Part shown: positions 40,073-50,800 of the stretch, piece after piece | How the letters are laid out: every line of letters begins with the position of its first letter | Position numbering within the stretch: position 1 is the first letter of the stretch | Source of the DNA: a virus | Lineage: Duplodnaviria; Heunggongvirae; Uroviricota; Caudoviricetes | DNA: 64,000 nt | IMG/VR virus record: IMGVR_UViG_3300021399_004731 | Strand: one strand, 5' to 3' | Made by a program: the position numbers and the translations under genes | Notes under the pieces: generated by a model | The model's database searches: none | Told to the model about the DNA's origin: nothing | Seen by the model: only the letters and a program-made list of their open reading frames with translations

Positions 40073-41611
40073 ATGAAAATAGCAAAATTTAACAAAGATA
40101 TCTTAGACATAATGAATGAAAAAAGCAGAAAAAATTCTGGGGAGTCTCTTAAAAGATTCAATAACGGCCTCATCCAGGCATTTGCAAGTGAAGATGATGC
40201 CAAGACGATTGAAATCAAATGTCAGGCGCCTGCCGACATTCCAGATGATGCGGAGACATTAAGGATAGATGACTATGCATCATATCCTATCTATGTCATC
40301 GCAACAAAGGAAAAAGTTTCAGTAGTAGCTGAAGCTGACAAGATAGAATGGAGGGATGACCTCAGCCAGTTACACCTTCTGGACAGAGCACGAAAAGTAA
40401 AACACATCATAGTGCATGATGTGGATTTCAGCAAGTGTAAAAGCCTGTCCGAAATCTTTTACTCCGATAGGGGTGTAATTGATTTTGATTTTCAAAATCT
40501 GTCAGGCTTTGAAAACGTGGAAGAGGCAGAAAGCATGTTTTCAATGTGCGAGAATATAAGAACAATAGACATGGCAGAATTCAGAGGGATGTTGCCAAAA
40601 TGCACAACCAACATGTTTAGCTGTTGCTGCTATCTTACAGAAATCAAAAATATCTTGCAGATAAGTAGCAATTGCGTGGAAACAGGAGGAATGTTTTCAC
40701 ATTGCTACAAAATAAGGACACTGGACCTGAATGATTGGGACATGTCCAATGTCAGATGCATGAATGGCATGTTCGAGCAATGCAATAATCTAAAGGAATT
40801 ACACATTGAAGACTGGAACACAAAAAATATGGTGGACGCTTCCTACATGTTCTCTCAATGTGGCATTGAAAAAATGCCTGTTGAAAGATGGGATGTTTCT
40901 AATCTTTTGAATGCCAAAGCTATGTTCTGCTATTGTGATAACATGATTTCGCTGGATTTGTCTCAGTGGAACACAGAAAACTTACAATATACTGATAGTA
41001 TGTTCGGTGGATGTGAAAATCTTGAACATGTGAATCTCAAGAACTGGAAGACATCAAAGGTCTTGAACGTGTCGGGCATGTTCGAGAGGTGCAAGAATCT
41101 AAAGGAATTGCACATTGAAGGCTGGGATGTTTCTAGTCTTAGGGATGCCAGATACATGTTCTGCAATTGCAAGAGCATGGGTTCACTGGATTTGTTTCAG
41201 TGGAATACCAAGGAATTGCGATACACCGACAATATGTTCAGTGGATGTGAAAACCTTGAATATCTGAGTCTTCTTGGCTGGAGAACGTCAAAGACCTTGA
41301 GCATGTTTGGCATGTTCAGAAGCTGTAAGAAACTGAAGGAATTAGATTTGTCATCTTTCAGAACATCAGCTGTGTCTAACATGGGCTACATGTTTAGTGA
41401 TTGCTGTGAGCTTAAAACACTGGACTTGCATCAGTTTGCTCTAGGCAAATGTATAAACATGGGGAGCATGTTTGAGGATTGCAACAGTCTCATGGTGCTG
41501 GATACATCAGGCTGGAAGATTCGTAACGATTGTCATACACGCGACATGCTTTTCGGATGCACGAGTCTTGTATATATTGATGAAAATGTATACAAAGCAC
41601 ATTCCATTTAA
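40073..41611 (+). CDS. DUF285/BspA-type LRR protein 5 (longest; internal 78-aa duplication)
   Basis: MKIAKF start; duplicated three-repeat block starting at 40889 and 41123. Confidence 0.9.
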   Translation: MKIAKFNKDILDIMNEKSRKNSGESLKRFNNGLIQAFASEDDAKTIEIKCQAPADIPDDAETLRIDDYASYPIYVIATKEKVSVVAEADKIEWRDDLSQLHLLDRARKVKHIIVHDVDFSKCKSLSEIFYSDRGVIDFDFQNLSGFENVEEAESMFSMCENIRTIDMAEFRGMLPKCTTNMFSCCCYLTEIKNILQISSNCVETGGMFSHCYKIRTLDLNDWDMSNVRCMNGMFEQCNNLKELHIEDWNTKNMVDASYMFSQCGIEKMPVERWDVSNLLNAKAMFCYCDNMISLDLSQWNTENLQYTDSMFGGCENLEHVNLKNWKTSKVLNVSGMFERCKNLKELHIEGWDVSSLRDARYMFCNCKSMGSLDLFQWNTKELRYTDNMFSGCENLEYLSLLGWRTSKTLSMFGMFRSCKKLKELDLSSFRTSAVSNMGYMFSDCCELKTLDLHQFALGKCINMGSMFEDCNSLMVLDTSGWKIRNDCHTRDMLFGCTSLVYIDENVYKAHSI

Positions 41612-41666
41612 TAGAAAAAAGAAAAGAAATGGGGCGTGCCACAAGGCACGCCATTGGTAAAGAAAA

Positions 41667-42959
41667 ATGAAAATAGCAAGATTTGCAGAAAATCAAAACG
41701 ACATTCTTCGGAAAAATCAGAAAAGTGTCAATATCCTTTTGGATTATGACAATGAAAATCCGTTGATGTCGGCTTTTGTTGAGGATAGAAAATGGTATCT
41801 GATAAAGCGCATTCATGTAAGATGCCAGAAAGGCTATATTCCATCCCCAGAAAGCATCAGAATGGATGATGGTAAATATCCTATCTATGTTGAGACTACA
41901 AAGGATAGCCTCAACATTATAGGAGACGCTGACTATATCGAATGGTCTGGAAAGCAGAATCTGTTTTTCCAGAATATCAAAAAAGGTGTGGAAGACATCA
42001 TTTTTGAGGACGTTTCTCTTTCTGGAGGGTTAATTGAATGTATGTTCTATAGAGACGAGTTTATAAAAAGCGTCAAAATGAAAAATATCATCAATCTAGA
42101 TGCAATAAATAGCACAAGAATGATGTTCTTTTGCTGCTACTCGTTAGAACATATCGAAATGCCAGATTTCAAAGATATGCCTAATCTACAAAACGTGGGA
42201 TACATGTTTGAGAATTGCGAAAATTTGAAAGAAATTGATGGCCTCCCTGTCATCACAAGCCAATGCTTAAACATGAAGAATATGTTTTATAAGTGTCAGG
42301 CAATAACGAGTCTTGATTTGTCAGACTGGGATGTCTCTAATGTCAAATTCATGCAAAACATGTTTAGAGAATGCACTCATCTTGAATCCATCAAGACAGG
42401 AGACTGGCACTGTGAACATGTCCTTGACATGACTTCTATGTTTGAAAACTGTGAAAAACTGAAAGACATCGATGATGTCGGAAAATGGCATGTAAGGGAC
42501 ATTAGAAATACGACAGAAATGCTAGCAGGCTGCCGAAGTCTGAAACATATTGATTTGTCTGGATGGTCTACAAAAGGCCTGAAAACAACAGAGTCCATGT
42601 TTTACGACTGCATCAGCATAGAGAGCATTAACCTGCATAGCTGGATAACAACCAGCGTCAATAATATGCAACTCATGTTCGCTAGGTGTCGCATGCTGAA
42701 GGAGCTTGACATCAGCACATTCAGAACATCAGCTGTTTCTAATATGGCTCACATGTTCAAGGACTGTGAATCCATCCAGTCATTGGATGTATCCAATTTC
42801 TCAGTAGGCAAAGTCAGATATATGTATGGCATGTTTAAAGGCTGTCAAAGTCTTATCTGGCTGAATATATCAGATTGGAAAATCCGAAACGACTGTAACA
42901 CGAATGGCATGTTTGAGAGGTGCGTGCATCTGGCATATCTTGATGGAGATATCTTTTAA
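41667..42959 (+). CDS. DUF285/BspA-type LRR protein 6
   Basis: MKIARF start; hairpin leader at 41633-41652; closest to member 8. Confidence 0.9.
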   Translation: MKIARFAENQNDILRKNQKSVNILLDYDNENPLMSAFVEDRKWYLIKRIHVRCQKGYIPSPESIRMDDGKYPIYVETTKDSLNIIGDADYIEWSGKQNLFFQNIKKGVEDIIFEDVSLSGGLIECMFYRDEFIKSVKMKNIINLDAINSTRMMFFCCYSLEHIEMPDFKDMPNLQNVGYMFENCENLKEIDGLPVITSQCLNMKNMFYKCQAITSLDLSDWDVSNVKFMQNMFRECTHLESIKTGDWHCEHVLDMTSMFENCEKLKDIDDVGKWHVRDIRNTTEMLAGCRSLKHIDLSGWSTKGLKTTESMFYDCISIESINLHSWITTSVNNMQLMFARCRMLKELDISTFRTSAVSNMAHMFKDCESIQSLDVSNFSVGKVRYMYGMFKGCQSLIWLNISDWKIRNDCNTNGMFERCVHLAYLDGDIF

Positions 42960-43084
42960 ATGAAATATTTGCTTGCTTATGGAGGATGATTTCCATCCTC
43001 TTTTTCTTTGTCTAAGACTTAATATGATAAAATATACATGCCATATAAATAGTGCTGCTTAGCACGGAGAGGAGAATGATATAT

Positions 43085-44407
43085 ATGAGCAAAATAGCAA
43101 AATTCAATGAAAGCCTTGGAGAAATGCTGAGGGTATATTGTGCGGCGTTGAATCCATATGAAGTGAATAGAAGTGTAAATGGACTGCTGAAAGCATTTAT
43201 CCAAAAAAAAGAATGGGCTTCATACACCTACATAAACGTAAGATGCATGATGCCTTTTGTCCAGCCTGATGATGCCAAGACGACAGTCAGACTAGATGAC
43301 GGGAAGTCATACCCTATCTATGCTGTTGTCAGAAGCGACGGCATAGAAATCATAGGCGAAGCTGACTATATTGAATGGACGGACGAATTACTATCCATTC
43401 ATATGCTGTCAGAAGCAACTTACGTGAAGTTAATGGAAATATCAGACATTGATTTTAGTCAATGCACTTATTTGTCAAACATGTTTTGTCAAGACGGAAA
43501 GGTAGAAAGGATAACGTTTAAAAACCTTATAGGGTTGGAAAGCAATATAAGATGGACAGCATCTATGTTTAGTGGATGCGCCAATCTGATAGAGCTTGAC
43601 ATGGAATGCTTTAGGAACCTGCGTCCTTTCATAACGATGGGCATGTTCTATGGGTGCAAGAATATGAGAACTATTGAAAATATGTTTTCAATAGATGAAA
43701 GATGCATAGACACTTCCAGCATGTTTTGTAACTGTTACAGACTTGAGCAGCTCGACCTGAACAGCTGGGACGTGTCGCATGTAAGCGAAATGGACAACAT
43801 GTTCCTTAAGTGCAAAGGACTGAAGACCTTGCATATTAGCAAGTGGAATACTGTAGGTTTGGAAACTACTCAATACATGTTTAGAGAATGTCGGAGTCTG
43901 AGAAAGGCAGAAGTTGCAGATTGGGACGTTTCTAATCTTGAGGATACCTATGGGATGTTTTCACTTTGTGAAAACCTCACATCTCTTGACCTTTCAAAGT
44001 GGGATACAAGAAAAGTCGGAACGATGGGTTACATGTTTTACCAGTGCAAAAACCTGGCGTGTCTTAATCTGCATGGATGGAGAACCGCCAATGTGGACAA
44101 CATGGAATGCATGTTCAAGGGATGTGCTAGTCTAAATGAACTAGACCTATCAACATTCAGAACATCGTCTGTCATTACTATGAAAGAGATGTTCTATGGA
44201 TGCAGAAGCCTGAAGGCACTCGATGTCCATCAGTTTGCCTTTGGTCATTGCAGGGATATGAGATGTATGTTCGAGTACTGCAGAGACCTGATGGTACTGG
44301 ATACATCAGGATGGAAGCTCAGCAAGGAGTGCAAAGCTAATAAAGCCAACATCATAGCGGGCTGCCAAAGCCTTGTGCTTGCTGATATTGCTTTGTTGAA
44401 ATCATAA
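43085..44407 (+). CDS. DUF285/BspA-type LRR protein 7
   Basis: True start at 43085 (MSKIAKF, GGAGAGGAG RBS); promoter motif 43023-43036. Confidence 0.9.
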   Translation: MSKIAKFNESLGEMLRVYCAALNPYEVNRSVNGLLKAFIQKKEWASYTYINVRCMMPFVQPDDAKTTVRLDDGKSYPIYAVVRSDGIEIIGEADYIEWTDELLSIHMLSEATYVKLMEISDIDFSQCTYLSNMFCQDGKVERITFKNLIGLESNIRWTASMFSGCANLIELDMECFRNLRPFITMGMFYGCKNMRTIENMFSIDERCIDTSSMFCNCYRLEQLDLNSWDVSHVSEMDNMFLKCKGLKTLHISKWNTVGLETTQYMFRECRSLRKAEVADWDVSNLEDTYGMFSLCENLTSLDLSKWDTRKVGTMGYMFYQCKNLACLNLHGWRTANVDNMECMFKGCASLNELDLSTFRTSSVITMKEMFYGCRSLKALDVHQFAFGHCRDMRCMFEYCRDLMVLDTSGWKLSKECKANKANIIAGCQSLVLADIALLKS

Positions 44408-44448
44408 AGAAACAAAAAAAGAAAGGAAGTGTGCCCTATGGCACGCCA

Positions 44449-45768
44449 TTGGTAAAGAAAATGAGAATAGCAAAATTTTCTGAAGAATTAATAAATATCA
44501 TGGAAGATTCTCAAAAGAAGCTAAACGGCGGATATGGTTTCTATAATGAAAATCTTCTTCTAAGTTCGTTTGTAGAAGTCGGGAAATGGGGTGATATCAA
44601 ATCCATTAGAATATTTTGTGAAGATGGCTTTGAACCATCTGGAAGATGGATGAGGGTGGATGATGGTGCATCATATCCCATCTATGTTGATGTGTTAAGT
44701 GACAGAATTCAGATAGTCGCTGATGCTGACTATATTGAATGGTCTGACAAATGCTATTTCTTAAGTTCTCTAAAGATGAGTGTGTATCATATATCCATAA
44801 AAAATGTATCGTTTAAGAATATCAGCAATCTCAATTGCATGTTCTATGATGATAAAGCTGTTGAGAATATTGAATTCCTTGACATCATTCATCTTGATAA
44901 CATCAAAGAATGCAGGCAGATGTTTCTGGCCTGTCATGGACTTAAGACAATCAGCATGCCTGATTTTAGGAATCTGCCATCTCTGGATGATGCCAGTGCA
45001 ATGTTTCGTGAATGCCAAAATCTTAAGAGCATTGATGGCCTGCCAGTCATTACAGACAGATGCACAATGCTGGAGTGCATGTTCGATGACTGTGAGAGTC
45101 TGACAAATCTTGACCTGTCAGGCTGGGACGTATCCAGTGTCAAGAGCATGGCCTTTATGTTCTGCGACTGCGGTAAGCTTTCATCACTGAACCTATCAGG
45201 ATGGAATACGAGCAGTATGGAATCAGCTGATTCCGTGTTCAGAGATTGTGTAGAATTAAACACAATTGATGTTGAAGGCTGGAATACAGCATGCCTGAAA
45301 AATGCAAGCCATATGTTTATGGGATGCTCAAAACTGGAACGGCTTGACCTCTCAAGGTGGAACACAAGGTCATTAAAAAGTGCAAAAGATATGTTTGCAC
45401 TCTGTATGAATATGCAGGAAATTAACCTGCATGGATGGATGACATCAAATATCAATAACATGGGATACATGTTTTTTGGTTGCGAGAACTTAAAAACGCT
45501 TGATATCAGTACCTTCAGAACATCAGCTGTATCAAATATGAACAGCATGTTCATGAACTGCGAGTCTCTAAAAAGCGTTGATGTGTCGCACTTTTCTATG
45601 GGCAAGTGCAGATATATAAGCAGCATGTTTGAACGATGCAAAAGCCTGACATTTATTGATGTATCTGGATGGAAGCTTCGCCGTGACATTGACGCTTATC
45701 GATGCCTCAACGGATGTGAGAATCTCGTGTTCGTGGACATGAGTGTCTTTAATGGATTGAGAATGTGA
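44449..45768 (+). CDS. DUF285/BspA-type LRR protein 8
   Basis: Start is TTG 44449 or ATG 44461 (MRIAKF); GAAAGG + hairpin leader at 44421-44446. Confidence 0.9.
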   Translation: MVKKMRIAKFSEELINIMEDSQKKLNGGYGFYNENLLLSSFVEVGKWGDIKSIRIFCEDGFEPSGRWMRVDDGASYPIYVDVLSDRIQIVADADYIEWSDKCYFLSSLKMSVYHISIKNVSFKNISNLNCMFYDDKAVENIEFLDIIHLDNIKECRQMFLACHGLKTISMPDFRNLPSLDDASAMFRECQNLKSIDGLPVITDRCTMLECMFDDCESLTNLDLSGWDVSSVKSMAFMFCDCGKLSSLNLSGWNTSSMESADSVFRDCVELNTIDVEGWNTACLKNASHMFMGCSKLERLDLSRWNTRSLKSAKDMFALCMNMQEINLHGWMTSNINNMGYMFFGCENLKTLDISTFRTSAVSNMNSMFMNCESLKSVDVSHFSMGKCRYISSMFERCKSLTFIDVSGWKLRRDIDAYRCLNGCENLVFVDMSVFNGLRM

Positions 45769-45887
45769 GAAATTGCTATTTTAATGCTAGAAATGGGATG
45801 GACATTTTATCCATCCTCTTTTTTTGCGCAAAAAAAAGGACAGGTGAAATACATCACCTGTTCTTTTCTGCCAATTTTTTCTCTCCT

Positions 45888-47642
45888 TTAGTCATCCTCC
45901 TCTTCTTCAAACTCTGCATCATCAAAATTATCGATGATGTCCTGCATGATGATAGGAACAAATTCATCAACACTATCAGCTAAAAAAGCATCAGTAGTGT
46001 AAGATGTTACTGCCCCATCAGAGCATAAGTCAGGCATGATTGTCGAACAAGCGGAACGTACAAATTCGCCTGTAATACGTGCACGCTTAACCCATGCAAT
46101 GACACGTCTTACAGAAGAAAGCTGTTCACTTCCATCTCCAACATCATTGATGAAGGCTTCGGCTTTCGCCTCGATAGCCCACATCTTCTTGATGATATCA
46201 AGATTCTTGAATCCACATTCCTTTTCAATGATTGCAGCCACCTTTTCATCGCTGAAACGGCTGATAATCATCTTTTCAGGAAGTCTGTCTTTGAATTCTG
46301 GAGACAACTGGTTAGTACCAGTGTACCCATCATTCCATGCACAGATAAATCTGAAATTTGGATGCTGATGGAATACTTTGTCACCAAAAGTGAAGCTTCC
46401 ATTGCCATCCAGAATTGAATTGAGGATTTTAAGAACCCCAGTTGAGACTGTGTTTACTTCATCGAAGAAACACAATCCACCTTGCTCATAGGCCTTGACG
46501 AGAGGACGTTCCTTGTATCCTGTTACGGATACACCATCCTGGTTCATCAATTCCATTGAGCCAACAATGTCAGATTCCAATAGATTCTCTGAGCCATGTA
46601 CCACAACCATTGGAAGACCGATGCAGCCCGAAATAGTTTCTGCAAACTTCGTCTTACCAGTACCTGCTGGTCCATGCAATCCTAATGATGTCGTCAGTCC
46701 CTTAGACATCATGGCAATGACTTCAGCCTCATCCTGAGTCAGATGGCTGAGGTCAGAAGAGTCAAAGTTCTTCTGAGCTTTCTTATAGCCATCCTGGAGT
46801 GTTTCATCCCAGGATGTGTCAATGGCATCATTCAGCTTGAACTTACCATCACCGATGGCTTTTACAAGGGCCTTGCCAGTAACTTTCTTGCTGGCTTTCT
46901 TTTTTGGAAGTGGCATTTCCTCAATGTTGTCATCGATGCCTAATAATGCAGCACCAACAGAAGCTTCAACACCTTCATCAGGAGTCGTGTTGTCAAGATA
47001 TTTATGAATTCCTCTTACAGAATCCATATTTATCTTATCTTGCAACTCCTTGACGACCAGCTTGGTGTCACCAGCAGTGAAGGTTACACCATCCATCTGC
47101 TTTGTAAGCTGATGAATGTTATCAACAGTAATAAAGAATTCCTTCTTCACGTTGCTGTCAACAACCCCTTCACATTCATGGATAGTGCTCCAGCACTTAG
47201 TAGCCTCCTTGTCCTTAGTTACTAGTCTGAAACCAAGCAATGCCTTGTATAATGTATGGCTATACAAGTTGTTGGTGATGCCACCAACAATTTTCTTGTC
47301 CTTGTCATACTCAACCAAGGCGTAGGTTGAGCCAACAGATGTGCCGTCAGCTACGACCAATACAGCCTCATTTCCATCCTGCATCAGGCAATGATAGAAA
47401 TTTTGTCTGTCGTCATAGACGCAAGATTCAACGACTGCCTGACCAATCTTGTATGGAATGACAGCCAAGACCTTCTTGACTACAGGATTCTTTTCTGAGT
47501 TCAATTTTGAATGGAACTCAGTGGATGTCTCATTCCCAGAAAATGCAGAATGCGAAATCTGGGCATTCGCATTTGTCTTAGGGAATACCATATCTGCAGC
47601 AAATTTTACAGATTCTAAAGATTTAATTTTCAACTTTGGCAT
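45888..47642 (-). CDS. MoxR/CbbQ/NorQ-type AAA+ ATPase (paralogue 2)
   Basis: True start at 47642 (MPKLK, AGGAGA RBS). GPAGTGKT, FFDEVN and HPNFRFICAWN; the core is nearly identical to paralogue 1. Confidence 0.9.
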   Translation of the reverse strand: MPKLKIKSLESVKFAADMVFPKTNANAQISHSAFSGNETSTEFHSKLNSEKNPVVKKVLAVIPYKIGQAVVESCVYDDRQNFYHCLMQDGNEAVLVVADGTSVGSTYALVEYDKDKKIVGGITNNLYSHTLYKALLGFRLVTKDKEATKCWSTIHECEGVVDSNVKKEFFITVDNIHQLTKQMDGVTFTAGDTKLVVKELQDKINMDSVRGIHKYLDNTTPDEGVEASVGAALLGIDDNIEEMPLPKKKASKKVTGKALVKAIGDGKFKLNDAIDTSWDETLQDGYKKAQKNFDSSDLSHLTQDEAEVIAMMSKGLTTSLGLHGPAGTGKTKFAETISGCIGLPMVVVHGSENLLESDIVGSMELMNQDGVSVTGYKERPLVKAYEQGGLCFFDEVNTVSTGVLKILNSILDGNGSFTFGDKVFHQHPNFRFICAWNDGYTGTNQLSPEFKDRLPEKMIISRFSDEKVAAIIEKECGFKNLDIIKKMWAIEAKAEAFINDVGDGSEQLSSVRRVIAWVKRARITGEFVRSACSTIMPDLCSDGAVTSYTTDAFLADSVDEFVPIIMQDIIDNFDDAEFEEEEDD

Positions 47643-47843
47643 AACAATTATTTCTCCTCTCTGCTCCAGCGTGCCAAAAATGCTGAAGACTTTAAAAATA
47701 CACAAATATATAATCATATTAACGAGCAAATGAGACACGAATGCAGAAAATTGAAATTGACTGTACAATAATTTGATTTCATGTCATTAATATACTATAA
47801 TAAATACGTAAGCAAAAAGCAAAGAAAAACAACAGGAGGGACT

Positions 47844-50800
47844 ATGATACAGCTGAATGTAAAAACAGAATATTCATTACTGAACTCCATTGCCAAGCTG
47901 GATGATATCATTGCAACAGCAAAACGTAATGGAGCCAATGCTGTTGGCATGTGTGACATTAACACATTGCATGGCATTCGTACATTTCAGGAATCCTGCA
48001 AAAAGGCAGGCATCAAGCCTATCATGGGCGAGACAATGTTCTATCACAGGGACGACAGCCTCAGTGGCTATCACCTTGAACTCTATGCCATGAATGATGA
48101 AGGCTTTGTCTCTCTTATGAATCTGTCAACAGATGCCAATATAGGAGATGCCAATGTGCCTATTGACAGCAAGAATACCGTTTCCATTACAACATTTGAG
48201 AAAATCAAGAAGCATACAAAGGGACTTATCTGTCTTACTGGCGGTGTGGTTGGCGAACTCTATGACCTTGTTATTCATGAACGCTTTGAAGAAGCAGACC
48301 AGCTCATGGCTGAGCTTGACGAGATGTATGGCAGAGAGAATGTCTATATTGAAATCACTTTTCATAATATTCCCGAAGAACGCAAGTTCTATCAGTCAGA
48401 CTATATCAAAAAGCTTGCAAAGACACACAAGGTGGTCGGAACAAATCATATCTACTATATCCACAAGGAACATGCCCTGCACCGTTCCCTTGCTGTTGAA
48501 ATGTCCCCTAACCCTGAACGCATCAGCATCTACAGTGGCTATGTCAACTACAACAGCGAATTCTATTACAAGACAGACAAGATGATGGAAAAGGTCTTTC
48601 GTGAGGCTATTCTTTATTATCCTGATATCATGACAAACACACAGGAGATTGCAGACAGATGCAATGCCCATGTCCATGAAAACAAGACATTGCCATCCTT
48701 CCCTCTTCCTGAAGGCGAAACATCAGCTGGCTATCTGAAAAAGCTGGCATGGAAAGGATTAAGAGAAAGATGTTTCAGCGTGATTGAAGAAAGTCAGAAA
48801 GAAGAATATGAGAAGAGACTTGCCTATGAATTTGACATTATCAATCGCATGGGCTTTACAGATTATTTCCTTATCGTGCAGGACTTCATCAATTGGGGCA
48901 AGGATGACAAAGTTTACGAACATCCAGAAATCTACTTCCCTAACATGGACCTATCCAAGCTTGACCCAATGGTCGTCAATAAGGACTTCTCCATTGAATT
49001 TGGACCAGGCAGAGGAAGTGCTGCTGGCTCACTGCTTGCTTATTGCCTTTACATCACCAACATGGACCCTATCAAATATGACTTGCTCTTTGAACGTTTC
49101 CTGAATATCGAACGTGTCAGCATGCCTGATATTGATACAGATATGTCCAATGCTGACAGAGAAAAGGTCATCAGATACTGCCAGAACAAGTACGGCTTTG
49201 AATGCGTCTCCATGATAGCAACCTATCAGGGACTCAACCTCAAATCCATCATCAAGGCACTTGCAAAAGCCATAGGCATGTCCTATGCCAAGAGTGATGC
49301 CATCACAAAGAACATTCCTAACAAGATTACGGTTGAAAAGGTCAATGATGATGGAGAAATCGAAAAGAAGGAAAAGAAGCCAGAGCTGCTTGACGAAATC
49401 AGAAACATTGACTACTTCAAGAACCTGATTGCAAAGGACAGCGATGTCAGACAGATATTCAACATGGGCAAGATTCTGGAAGGACTGCCTAAGGCAACGG
49501 GAAAGCATGCCTGTGGTGTCATCATTGGTTCAAGTCCTATCAAGAACCTGCTCCCACTCAAGGAAGTTGATGGCGTGCTGGTCTCTCAGTACGAGAAGAA
49601 CAATTCAGAAGCTGTCGGCGCATTGAAGATGGACTTCCTTGGACTCCAGACACTTGATATTGAACAGAATACAAAGGATTTGGTCAGAGAAAACTATGGA
49701 ACAGAGCTAGACCTGCTCAAGATTCCTGTTGATGACCAGCAGACATACAAGCTGTTTCAGGATGGCGAGACAGGATGTATCTTCCAGTTTGAATCGGCTG
49801 GCATGAAGAAAATGCTCAAGCAGCTGCATCCAACAAGCCTGGAACATCTGACTGCGGCCAATGCACTCTATCGTCCTGGACCTATGGAATTCATTCCAGA
49901 CTACATCAAGGGAAGAAAGGATGCTGACAGCGTAAACTATCCTCATGAAATCTTCAAGGAAGTCACAGAAGAGACATACGGCATACTTGTCTATCAGGAA
50001 CAGATTATGTCATTGGTACAGAAAATGGCAGGCTTCACGCTTGGACAGGCAGATGTGCTCAGACGTGGCATTGGTAAGAAGATTGCACACTATCTTGTTG
50101 AAGGACGTCAGCAGTTCATTGACGGAGCAGAAAAGGAGCATGGCGTAGATAGACAGCTGTCAAGCGACATCTATGACACCATTGTCAAGTTTGCCAACTA
50201 TGGCTTCAACAAATCACACGCATGTGCCTATGCCTTTGTCGCCTATCAGACAGCATGGCTCAAGGCTCACTACCCAGAATGCTTCATGGCTGCCAATCTG
50301 ACAGTAGCATCACAGAATACAGACAAGCTGCCTGTCATCTTTGCCGAATGCAAGAAGATGGGCATCAAGATACTGCCTCCTGAACTTGGCAAGTCCGAAG
50401 CTAGATTTACGGTTGAAAAACAGGAAGACGGCTCACTTGCCATCAGATATGGACTTGCGGCCATTACTGGCATCAGCGATGACTATGCCAACGCCGTATC
50501 ATCAATTGGCGATGCTGACAGCCTGCCAGATGCCATCAGAAAGCTTCCAGATGAATGCATCGTCACAAAGAAGCTCACAGTGCTTTCAGATGCTGGCGTA
50601 TTTGACAAGTTTGGGGCAAGAAAGGCCATTGACCTGACCATTCCAGCCATCGTTGACTTTGAGAAAAAGCAGAAGGAAATCAAGGGACACGGCTTTGCAA
50701 GCTGGCTGGATGTACTGCCACAGAAGCATGAGGTCGAAGGCTATGAATACCCTGCTGACAAAAAGGCTGCATTAGAAAGAGATATGCTCCACACAACGCT

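Noticed and set aside
35578-45689. Long antisense ORFs in the track (e.g. 44934..45689, 35578..36114, 3442..4080, 31035..31643)
   Set aside because: Shadow frames of well-supported genes, with no RBS or recognisable motifs.
34757-45768. Diversity-generating retroelement acting on the LRR array
   Set aside because: No reverse transcriptase, and no template/variable repeat pair differing only at adenines. Variation looks like duplication and recombination.
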